The notes under the pieces: generated by a model | The model's input: only the letters and a program-made list of their open reading frames with translations | The model's database searches: none | What the model was told of the DNA's origin: nothing | Shown here: positions 6,127 to 14,498 of the stretch, piece after piece | Layout: each line of letters starts with the position of its first letter | Position numbering within the stretch: the first letter of the stretch is position 1 | IMG/VR virus record: IMGVR_UViG_3300028283_000001 | Origin: an uncultured virus (IMG/VR IMGVR_UViG_3300028283_000001) | Lineage: Duplodnaviria; Heunggongvirae; Uroviricota; Caudoviricetes | Length of the DNA stretch: 20,000 nucleotides | Direction: 5' to 3' (one strand) | Made by a program: the position numbers and the translations under genes

Positions 6127-7655
6127 CCGCATTATCTCTTATAGATTTTTGGCGCATAAGAAGGCGACATGAAGGGTTGAAAACAATCGTGCGCCCATGC
6201 CATCACACTATTGCTGAAGCATTAACACATTTAATGCTGGGCAAGCTCTCCACTCCTAACCTTATGATATTGCAACCTCCACGTACGGGCAAATCAGATC
6301 TTTTGCGTGCGTTTCAAGAATGGGCGTTTTCATACTTTCCAGACTCAGAATTTATTGATGCGGCTTACGGCACGGATCTTGCCACGAAGATGTGTGAAGA
6401 CACCCGGACAACCTTGTCGGCATCTTGGTATAGAGATTGTTGTGATTCTACTTGGGGCGCACATGTGGCGTCAAGGGGGGCAAGCGTAGGAGGAAGAAAA
6501 GATTACTTTCACACTGTAGAAGGCGGCAGCGTGAAGGCGGTGGGTAGTGGAACGGGGTCTTTGGGTTTTGGGGCAGGAAAGTTACGACCAGAGTTTGGCG
6601 GGGCGGTTTTGATAGATGATCCTTTGAAGCTACAGGATGCCACTTCTGTAGCGGTGAGAAAAAGCACTGTTGAATGGATTCATGGGGCATTAGAATCCAG
6701 ACGGAACAGGAAAAAAGATCCTATGACCCCATTGGTTCTTGACATGCAAAGATTACATCCACAAGACCCTGCTGGTCATCTTTTGTCTACAGAGCGTCAC
6801 CGGTGGACGGTGATCCAAGTTCCTGCACATGATGAAAACAATCAATCTATTTGGCCTGCTCGGATTAGTATGAATGAGCTTGAACACCTTAAAATATATG
6901 ATCTTGATACGTACCTTTCTCAGTACATGCAATCACCATCTACCACCGCGTACGAATTATTAATATCTGATTGGTGGCGATTTTGGGTTGATAGAAGTGA
7001 AGTGGAGAAACGCATTACCCTGAAGTTGATCACCGCTGATACCGCTTTTAAAGAAGGGGATAGCAACGATTACAGTGTTTTACAATGTTGGGGGTGTTTA
7101 GGAGTAGGCGGAATGGTTCTTCTTGATCAGGTTCGGGGCAAGTGGGATTTTCCTGATTTATGTAAAGAGGCCATAGATTTTTTGAAGAAGCATCGACAGC
7201 CGATCCCCGGCATCACCCCTGTGACGGAGTGTTGGGTAGAAGACCGGGCCAGTGGAACTTCTCTTGTGCAAACACTTCGAAAGGCTGGGCTTCCTTTTCG
7301 ACAATGGCTCCCTCCGCATGCTGATCAAAAACTGATTGATGGAAGCCAGGTTTTATCAGGCCCGGATAAGGTGAGCCGAGTAAAGCAGAGCAGTATGACA
7401 ATTAAGCCTGGTAGAATCTTTTTACCCTGGCCAGGACTTTCTGATTGCCGTTGGGTGGAGGGGCTGGTTAATGAGTGCATGTCTTTTAGTAATGATGATT
7501 CTCATCTTTATGATGATCAGGTGGACGCAATGACCATGGCTAACCTTATTTGGCAACAACGGGGCGGGGGCGTAGGGGCCATTTCAGTTGTTCGGAGTAA
7601 CGGGTGGCAAGATTGGTTGCATCGGAACGAACAGCATTGGAGGAAAGCCGCATAA
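6123..7655 (+). CDS. terL: Terminase large subunit
   Basis: Walker A PPRTGKS, Walker B LIDDP, MQRLH coupling motif, RNase H-like nuclease motifs DTAFK...DYSV and DDQVDAMT. Confidence 0.97.
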   Translation: MTALSLIDFWRIRRRHEGLKTIVRPCHHTIAEALTHLMLGKLSTPNLMILQPPRTGKSDLLRAFQEWAFSYFPDSEFIDAAYGTDLATKMCEDTRTTLSASWYRDCCDSTWGAHVASRGASVGGRKDYFHTVEGGSVKAVGSGTGSLGFGAGKLRPEFGGAVLIDDPLKLQDATSVAVRKSTVEWIHGALESRRNRKKDPMTPLVLDMQRLHPQDPAGHLLSTERHRWTVIQVPAHDENNQSIWPARISMNELEHLKIYDLDTYLSQYMQSPSTTAYELLISDWWRFWVDRSEVEKRITLKLITADTAFKEGDSNDYSVLQCWGCLGVGGMVLLDQVRGKWDFPDLCKEAIDFLKKHRQPIPGITPVTECWVEDRASGTSLVQTLRKAGLPFRQWLPPHADQKLIDGSQVLSGPDKVSRVKQSSMTIKPGRIFLPWPGLSDCRWVEGLVNECMSFSNDDSHLYDDQVDAMTMANLIWQQRGGGVGAISVVRSNGWQDWLHRNEQHWRKAA

Positions 7656-10160
7656 ATGCTAAAAAATACATTGACTCCACAATTCACTCGTAAATCACGG
7701 GTTCAAAATGCTTCTTTCGCCTCTTCTATTAATGGGGCATTAGGAGAGGGGGATAGAGGCGCTTTTCAACGAGTCCCTGCTATTACTGGAAACCCATACG
7801 AATTTCAGAACTATCTTGACCGCTGGCGGCAGTATTGCCATCTGTATGAAATCTGTTGGGAAGCCCGTAAAATAGTCCGTATCCCTGTGGAGGACGCATT
7901 ACGAAAAGACTGGGAAATAGAGAATATTCCAGAGGGGATTACCAAAATACTTCGTAAGGAAGAAAAGAAGTTTAAGTTCCGTGATTCCCTTGCCCGTGCA
8001 TGGATGCTGGAGCGGTTATTGGGAGGGTGTATACAGTTTTTTGGCCTGGAGCAGAATACAGATGATGTTTCTAAGCTGTACCAACCATTACTGGGAATGT
8101 CAAAGCTGCGGTTTATCAATGTTATCCCTGTCAGCAGAATCTCCCGTGTAAATTGGGAGACTGACCCCCTGAAGATAGGCTATATGCGGCCTAACGAGTT
8201 CATAATTAATGGGCATAATATGCATATCAGCCGGTGTATTCTGTGGGATGGAGAACCGCTGTTCGACCCATATGATTTCGCTCTTACTCAGTTCAGGGCG
8301 AACCTGGCGGGATTTGGGCCCAGTAAACTTGCTCCTATATGGGATGATATCGTAAAGGCTGTAGGTACCAGGCAGGCTGCATATCAACTTATCCAAACCA
8401 ATAATGCTCTGATAATGGCCGTCAGCCAGTTGCAGGATCTTGTGGGGACCAACCCCGGAAAGGCAAAGCTGGCAGAACTAAAAGAGATCACCAAACATTT
8501 ATCCCTTTATCGAGCGGCCATTATAGATAAGGAAAAAGTTACGATTAGTCAGCAGTCCGCAGCCTTTGGCAGTGTTCCGGAATTGCTGATGACATTCTTA
8601 CAAGTCTTATCGGCCGCTTCCGACATACCGGCCACCCGGTTTCTGGGGCAGGCCCCCGGTGGGCTGAACGCCACAGGAGAAAGTGATTTGGAGAATTACT
8701 ATAATGTGGTGGATGCCATGCAGCGGCAGAAACTGGAACCTGCCATTCGACAATTTTATGATATCCTCGGGTATCATAAGTGGCCAGACAGCTGGGGGAG
8801 AATCCGGGAAGACCTGGAGATCAAGTTTCCACCCCTTTGGAATATCAATGAGCTGGAAGAAGCACAAAAGAATCAAATCGAGATTGCCAATGTTATGCAG
8901 TGTTGGGAAGCGGGGGTTTTGCCTGATGAAAAGTTGGTTGAGGAGCTTAATCTGAAACAGGTTTTTTCCTGTGACTTGGACGAGAAAGATATTGACCTGA
9001 TGAAGTCCATGCAGGATGATTCTGGTTTTTATGGGGCTGATCAGGGGGTTGATTCTTCTGAGGAGAGACGCAGGCAGACTGCTGCGACGCGTTCGGCTGG
9101 GGGTCAAGGGGGTTATAAGGGTGAAGGTGAGGGGGAGAAACCTGCGACCGCTGAGGGGCCACCCCTTAAAAAACCACCTTTGTCTAAAATTGGGAACAAA
9201 GCCGAATTTAAAGAAGAAGAACACCCACGGGCTGATGATGGTAAGTTTGGTTCTGGGGCGGGTGAAGCTTCTGTGACAGATAAAAAACCAAAGCCTGCTA
9301 AAATGTCTGACGAAGAAAAGAATCAACAGAAGGAAGAACAATTTCAAGAGTTGTTGGCGACTAAAAACCCGCATGATCAAGAAGCCTTTAAAAAGGCACA
9401 AACATTAGGGATAAATGTTCAGCCCGCTTGGACAGATGTGTGGGTAAACGATGATCCTAACGCTGATATTTTAGCTTTGGGCCGCGATAAGAAAGGAAAA
9501 TTGCAATATACCAGGAGTGCAGCAGCCTCCAAACGGGCTGAAATTAAAAAGTATAACCGCTTACGAGATTTTAGTAATGATTATGCGGGAATTATGAATG
9601 CTGTTGATAAAGATTTTTATCGGTCTGTTGAATCTCAAGTTCTTTATTTGATTAGCAAAACGGGTTTCCGCGTGGGCGGGGAAGAAGGTTCCACGGCGGC
9701 TGAAGAGCAAGCATATGGGGCATCTACACTGACTTCTGATATGGTGAAGATAGACGGTGATGTTATTCAGTTTACCTTTACGGGTAAGCATGGGGTAAAA
9801 CAAAATCATTTGTTGACAGACCCTAAAATGGCCAATTTGCTTCGTCATAAACAGGGACAACTTTTTAACACTAATGATGCAAAAGTTTTAAAGTATATGA
9901 AAAAAACAAGCGGTAAGGATTACTTGACGAAAGATTTAAGAACTTATGTTGGGACAAAGACCGCCCTGGTTGCAATAGAAAAGATGGACACCCCCGTGGG
10001 GGAAAAGGCAATTAAGAAGGCCATGATGGAAGTGGCTAAAATTGTGAGCGCTAAATTAGGCAATGCCCCTAAAATGGCGCTTGATAGTTATATTGATCCA
10101 ATGGTATTTGATCGGTGGAAGGGGTTAGCTGATGCTACAAAGCAACAACAAAAAGGATGA
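7656..10160 (+). CDS. Portal protein (DUF1073-type) fused to a C-terminal DNA topoisomerase IB domain
   Basis: aa 1-~450: W.ARKIV.IPVEDALR, SAASDIPATRFLGQAPGGLNATGESDLENYY, F.PLW. aa ~575-825: PAWTDVW, GRD.KG..QY, TGFRVG, F.GKHG, KDLRT, LGN.P...SYIDP. Single uninterrupted frame. Confidence 0.93.
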   Translation: MLKNTLTPQFTRKSRVQNASFASSINGALGEGDRGAFQRVPAITGNPYEFQNYLDRWRQYCHLYEICWEARKIVRIPVEDALRKDWEIENIPEGITKILRKEEKKFKFRDSLARAWMLERLLGGCIQFFGLEQNTDDVSKLYQPLLGMSKLRFINVIPVSRISRVNWETDPLKIGYMRPNEFIINGHNMHISRCILWDGEPLFDPYDFALTQFRANLAGFGPSKLAPIWDDIVKAVGTRQAAYQLIQTNNALIMAVSQLQDLVGTNPGKAKLAELKEITKHLSLYRAAIIDKEKVTISQQSAAFGSVPELLMTFLQVLSAASDIPATRFLGQAPGGLNATGESDLENYYNVVDAMQRQKLEPAIRQFYDILGYHKWPDSWGRIREDLEIKFPPLWNINELEEAQKNQIEIANVMQCWEAGVLPDEKLVEELNLKQVFSCDLDEKDIDLMKSMQDDSGFYGADQGVDSSEERRRQTAATRSAGGQGGYKGEGEGEKPATAEGPPLKKPPLSKIGNKAEFKEEEHPRADDGKFGSGAGEASVTDKKPKPAKMSDEEKNQQKEEQFQELLATKNPHDQEAFKKAQTLGINVQPAWTDVWVNDDPNADILALGRDKKGKLQYTRSAAASKRAEIKKYNRLRDFSNDYAGIMNAVDKDFYRSVESQVLYLISKTGFRVGGEEGSTAAEEQAYGASTLTSDMVKIDGDVIQFTFTGKHGVKQNHLLTDPKMANLLRHKQGQLFNTNDAKVLKYMKKTSGKDYLTKDLRTYVGTKTALVAIEKMDTPVGEKAIKKAMMEVAKIVSAKLGNAPKMALDSYIDPMVFDRWKGLADATKQQQKG

Positions 10161-10161
10161 A

Positions 10162-10470
10162 ATGCCAGTAACGGATGGGGACGTGTTAATGCAAGATTAT
10201 GTGCATTCGATGATCTTTCAAAACGCTGATGGCACTATATTTGATGAATCTGCAGATGGAACGGAAGCGTCGTCCCCTCAGGTTGTTATTCACAACATGG
10301 TTTCTGCCCCCGTTATTTATAACCCAGAACAGGTTATGGCAGGAATGAAGGTAGAGTTTGAGCATAACGATTTAACACAAGGGGATCCGGTTAAGATTGC
10401 AGAAATTGTTAAGGCCCATCTGGATGAGGATCCTGAATACTACACCAAACTTGAAAAGGCGGGGTTATGA
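10162..10470 (+). CDS. DUF5661-like phage head-associated protein
   Basis: GMKVEFEH...IVKAHLDEDPEYYTKL motif. Start at ATG 10162 after AAGGA (10132 is an alternative). Confidence 0.75.
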   Translation: MPVTDGDVLMQDYVHSMIFQNADGTIFDESADGTEASSPQVVIHNMVSAPVIYNPEQVMAGMKVEFEHNDLTQGDPVKIAEIVKAHLDEDPEYYTKLEKAGL

Positions 10471-10724
10471 ATTCTTTTGAAAACGGTAGGCAAAAAGCAT
10501 TGAATGCATTCAAAAAGAAAGAAGCTGAGCAGGGTTTAATTTTTGGGCGTACGTGGGAAGAGGTTCAATCAATGCAGCAAAAAACATATATTCCCAAAAC
10601 GGTTGATGTTTCCCCTGTTGGGGATTATGGTGCAGACCCATTGGGAAATGGTAAATTTAAAATGGTTCCATCTGGGGATATTGTTGACTTGGCAGAAATG
10701 AAGCGAAGGCGGGGTTATAAATAA
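10467..10724 (+). CDS. Hypothetical protein in the head module
   Basis: ATGA coupling. Its FENGRQKAL resembles FQNGRTRAL in ORF 11657. Confidence 0.7.
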   Translation: MNSFENGRQKALNAFKKKEAEQGLIFGRTWEEVQSMQQKTYIPKTVDVSPVGDYGADPLGNGKFKMVPSGDIVDLAEMKRRRGYK

Positions 10725-10725
10725 A

Positions 10726-11640
10726 ATGCCGCTTATCCTTGACATACGGCAGGCAAAAGCGCTGAAGCGGAAAAAACGGGTGAAGAAACTTCGACCTGTG
10801 AAATCCCCGGCTATGGCGCAGAAGCTGTTGCAGCAGCAAACAGAACGTCTATGGGAACAGATTATTTTCCCTTCCCTGGAGCGGATTAAACAGGCCGTGA
10901 CCAATGGGGTAGATCTTGAGCAGCTTTCCCAGCTGTTGCAGCAGGAAATGGAGCAAGCCGCGTGGATGTATGGAATGGAAACCGAACAAATTGTAGATAT
11001 GTGGAGGTTGACGGTAGATAAGTTAACCAAAATCAAGTTGAATGCTGTGCTTAACAGGTCTTTGGGTATTGATTTGACTGCGGTGCTGGATGACCCCTCT
11101 GTAGCAGAAGCCTTGGCGGTGGGAGCGTTTCAGGCGGAGGAGCTTATCAAAACCATGCCGACAAAAGTCATGGGGCAGGTTGCGCAGGCGGTAATGGCCA
11201 ATATGCGGGGGATCCCGCTACCGGAGGGGCGCAGCCTTCTTCAGCAGATAGAGTTTCTGGGCACCCGGAGTAAAAAATGGGCCCATGTTATTGCTCGTGA
11301 TCAAACTGCGAAACTCAACGCCACGCTGAATCAAACCCGGCAACAGGCGCTGGGCATTGACACTTATATTTGGCGTACGATGGAGGATTTACGGGTAGTG
11401 GGCAATCCTGCAGGGCAGTATCCTGGGTGGAATGATAAGCATATGGACCATTATGTAATGGACGGGTTATATTGCCGGTGGGATGATCCCACTGTATTCA
11501 GCACGGATGAAGGGAAGAGCTGGAGAAAGCGCACCGGAAAGATGCCAAAGAATCACCCAGCGGATGACATTCTTTGCCGCTGTTATACGGAAGCTGTGAT
11601 GGACTTGGATAAAATACTGGCGCATGCCACTGTACAGTGA
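10726..11640 (+). CDS. Minor head/morphogenesis protein (Mu gpF / SPP1 gp7 family)
   Basis: IARDQTAKLN...Q..LGI..YIWRT..D.RV...H...DG...WDDP...HP.....CRC motifs. Confidence 0.93.
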   Translation: MPLILDIRQAKALKRKKRVKKLRPVKSPAMAQKLLQQQTERLWEQIIFPSLERIKQAVTNGVDLEQLSQLLQQEMEQAAWMYGMETEQIVDMWRLTVDKLTKIKLNAVLNRSLGIDLTAVLDDPSVAEALAVGAFQAEELIKTMPTKVMGQVAQAVMANMRGIPLPEGRSLLQQIEFLGTRSKKWAHVIARDQTAKLNATLNQTRQQALGIDTYIWRTMEDLRVVGNPAGQYPGWNDKHMDHYVMDGLYCRWDDPTVFSTDEGKSWRKRTGKMPKNHPADDILCRCYTEAVMDLDKILAHATVQ

Positions 11641-11656
11641 GGGGGGTAGATAAAAA

Positions 11657-12538
11657 ATGAGTTATAATGTTATGATTTCAGATAAATCTAAACCGAATAC
11701 CGCACCGACAATGAAATTTGCTAAAGATGAAGCGGAGGCAAAAGCAATCGTTTCTCATGCAAAAGGGATGGGGTTAGAAGCTATTATGAAATTGGTAAGT
11801 AAAGATTATGATGAAAAAGCATTTATTGCTTCCAGAAAAAAATCAGAAAAACATAATAAGAAAATTAATAATGTTTTCCAAAACGCAATTATTGATTATG
11901 GTGGGGGTTACCGAGTTGCTTCAACGCCTGTTGGCTGGATTGTTTTTTATTCTGGGATTAAGGTTGGGCATGGAAATAATGAAGAGGAAGCGAAACAGGT
12001 TATTAGAGATGATAGCAAGAAAAGGTTTTTTGGTCATCCACATGAGCCTGTTGCAAATTGTGCTTTCCAAAATGGTCGCACCCGCGCACTCGATCATATT
12101 ACAAACAAGGCAGGGTTGGTTGGTGTGAAGCTGGAGAATGCGGGTGATGCGTATGAAGAAGGTGAGAATGCTGCACAGAATAATGTTTCACGAAATGCAA
12201 ATAAATACCCCAAAGGATCAGGGCAATGGAAACAATGGGATTCTGGATGGAGTAACGCAACAGGAAACAGGTTGAAAAAGAAAGTAGCAAACATGGCAAG
12301 TAAGATTGGGGTACGGGTGGAGAATGCGGCAGTGTTGTATAAAACAGAATCAAAAAGCAAAAAATTTATCATTACGGTTACGAATGATAAAGAAGGTATT
12401 ATTGAAGTAGTTAGCACAAGGGCAGATGGGTTTTATCCAACAGTAGAAGATCGAAGTAAATATACGGATGATAAGTCGAGACAACAGGTGATTACTATGG
12501 CTAAATCCTTTGCGGATAGTTTTGCAAGAAATAATTAA
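11657..12538 (+). CDS. Modular hypothetical head-module protein including an Rmf-like segment
   Basis: Lies between MuF and the protease. Repeated FQN/ENA linkers and an AYEEG...N.Y...W..GW segment. Confidence 0.75.
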   Translation: MSYNVMISDKSKPNTAPTMKFAKDEAEAKAIVSHAKGMGLEAIMKLVSKDYDEKAFIASRKKSEKHNKKINNVFQNAIIDYGGGYRVASTPVGWIVFYSGIKVGHGNNEEEAKQVIRDDSKKRFFGHPHEPVANCAFQNGRTRALDHITNKAGLVGVKLENAGDAYEEGENAAQNNVSRNANKYPKGSGQWKQWDSGWSNATGNRLKKKVANMASKIGVRVENAAVLYKTESKSKKFIITVTNDKEGIIEVVSTRADGFYPTVEDRSKYTDDKSRQQVITMAKSFADSFARNN

Positions 12539-12548
12539 GGCTAAAATC

Positions 12549-13760
12549 ATGAAAATTACAAACCAGTTTACGCCAATCGCTCCCGAGTCTCCGAAGTGGG
12601 AAAAGACTGAGGACGGCTTTCTCCGCTGCAAGGCAAGGGTATTGATGGAGACCATAATGCCTTATGGTAGAAACGAGCTTGAAGGGCTGCCAGAGGGCTT
12701 TAAAAATTCAACCGTAAATATGTACGTACCCCTTGATGAAATAGTCGCCAGTGACGCCCTGCGGTCTCTGGAGGGGATGCCTATAGTGGCTGGGGACCAT
12801 ACTTGGATGACTCCGGAACTGATATCCGATTATTCAATGGGCAATGTTTCTGGCACTCCGGTGGTAGAAGGGGGTAGTTTGATTTGTAACATTCTGGTGA
12901 CGAATCCTGAAGCCATCGCCGCTATAGAGAATGGAAAGATCGGAGAGATTTCTGCAGCCTACCGAGCAGAGACAGAATTTGTCAATGGCACGTGGAATGA
13001 ACAAACCTATGACGCAGTGCAACGGGGCTTGCGTTTCAATCATATTGCTGTGATTCCGAAAGGACACGGCCGAGGCGGAAGTGAAGTACGAATCTTAAAC
13101 AAAAAACAGGAGGACGTGAATACCATGAGTGATGAAAAGAAAAAAGTCAGAGTGAAACTCCGGAACACCGGGAAGTATGTCAATGTGGATGAGGATGTGG
13201 CTCCGGACATCGAAGCTGAGGCCGATGCGGGGGAAGCCAAAACGGCGGGTATGGATGATAAGATCAGTACCCTGGAAGGGAAGAACGCTGATCTTGAAGC
13301 TCTCCAGGCAGAGATTGAGGAACTGAAAGGGGAGCTGTCCGTGTACAAAGAGAAACTGGATCAGCTGCTCTCAGAGGAATCTGTTGAAGCTGCGGCTGAA
13401 GGCATGGTGGCAGAAACGGGCGAGGCGGAAGATATTGTGGAAAATGCCATTCCTGAGCCTGAAGAGGAAGACAAGAAAAAGGAAGCCACCGAGTTCAAAA
13501 ACGCCCTGCGCAAACTTCACGGCACCAAACTCCACAATGCTGTTCTTACGGCCATCGGAGTGAAAACGGAAGGGATGTCACCGGAAGCCATGCGGGGCGC
13601 TTTTAAGGCTCAGCACCAGATCTGCAACGCCATGAAGGGCAAAGTGGCGGCAAAGGTGGTTTCTGGGACCAAAATGATTCAGAATGCCGGCATGCCTGGT
13701 GATCAGGTTCCCGCGCAGCGGACCAATTTGGAGCGGCTGGGTTTTCGAGCAGTGAAGTAA
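12549..13760 (+). CDS. DUF2213-type prohead protease with C-terminal scaffold
   Basis: T.DGFL, SLEGMPI...H, EISAAY and NHIAVI..G.GRGG..VRI motifs, then an acidic coiled coil. Start moved to ATG 12549. Confidence 0.88.
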   Translation: MKITNQFTPIAPESPKWEKTEDGFLRCKARVLMETIMPYGRNELEGLPEGFKNSTVNMYVPLDEIVASDALRSLEGMPIVAGDHTWMTPELISDYSMGNVSGTPVVEGGSLICNILVTNPEAIAAIENGKIGEISAAYRAETEFVNGTWNEQTYDAVQRGLRFNHIAVIPKGHGRGGSEVRILNKKQEDVNTMSDEKKKVRVKLRNTGKYVNVDEDVAPDIEAEADAGEAKTAGMDDKISTLEGKNADLEALQAEIEELKGELSVYKEKLDQLLSEESVEAAAEGMVAETGEAEDIVENAIPEPEEEDKKKEATEFKNALRKLHGTKLHNAVLTAIGVKTEGMSPEAMRGAFKAQHQICNAMKGKVAAKVVSGTKMIQNAGMPGDQVPAQRTNLERLGFRAVK

Positions 13761-13815
13761 AAGATCGTAACAACGCTGTTTTTGATAATAAAAAATACAC
13801 AGGAGGACTTAAACA

Positions 13816-14442
13816 ATGAGTTTTGCAAGTGGATATAGAGGAAATGTACTTGGGTCGGTGCAGACCACCTATTCGGATCAGCCCGGTGTAGCGCTGCCGG
13901 GGATGCTGGCTTTTGCCAGTGATGATAATTTTATGGATGCCATGTTCATCGGGGAAACTCTTGGCATTGAAGCGGGCAAGGGAATCCAGGCCATTATTGC
14001 AGATGAGGGGTTGGGTTTCAATCGTCCGGGGCTTGCAGCCTATCTGCCCAACGGTGGGGAATCCGCCGCAGAGATGTACGGCATCGTTGTATTTGATCAG
14101 GCCATGCAGTCACAGGAAGACTCCGATGGCAATCCTATCAATGGATGGGCAAAGGGCCGAGTGGCTCGGGTGCTTCGACCTGGTCGTGCCGGCGGGCGTA
14201 TTTATGTGAAGGCCAAAGACGATATCGTACCCGGTACTTCCACAGTGAACTGGGTCACCACCGCAGGGTCGGATGGCATTTACGAGGCGGGTGAGTTTGC
14301 TCCTGGCGTGCTGAACAGTGGCACTGTGGGGACCACCGTGGCCATCACCAATGCGAAGTGGGTTTCCGCAGCAGCCGCAGGCGAAGTGGCTATTCTGGAA
14401 CTCTTTGGCAATGTTGTGCCGACCTTTGACGCTTCCATTTAG
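13816..14442 (+). CDS. Capsid decoration/cement protein
   Basis: Position between protease and major capsid. Gly/Ala-rich beta protein with V...GRIYV. CAGGAGG RBS. Confidence 0.7.
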   Translation: MSFASGYRGNVLGSVQTTYSDQPGVALPGMLAFASDDNFMDAMFIGETLGIEAGKGIQAIIADEGLGFNRPGLAAYLPNGGESAAEMYGIVVFDQAMQSQEDSDGNPINGWAKGRVARVLRPGRAGGRIYVKAKDDIVPGTSTVNWVTTAGSDGIYEAGEFAPGVLNSGTVGTTVAITNAKWVSAAAAGEVAILELFGNVVPTFDASI

Positions 14443-14498
14443 TTTTGTGGTGGGCAGAAGATAAAAATAAAAAAATAACTACAGGAGGATTTTATACC

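Noticed and set aside
7656..9000. Anti-CBASS Acb1 nuclease (a label sometimes attached to DUF1073 proteins)
   Set aside because: I see no paired HxT/S 2H-phosphoesterase motifs. Position after TerL and the motifs indicate a portal.
8607..9401. 264-aa minus-strand ORF, and the other minus-strand ORFs in the track
   Set aside because: Antisense shadows of well-supported + strand genes, with no recognisable motifs.
9370..10160. Tyrosine recombinase/integrase or intein as the portal extension
   Set aside because: Motifs are TopIB-specific (PAWTDVW, GKxG, KDxRT, LGNxP..SY) rather than the integrase HxLRH. No intein C/S...HN ends, and the domain is terminal.
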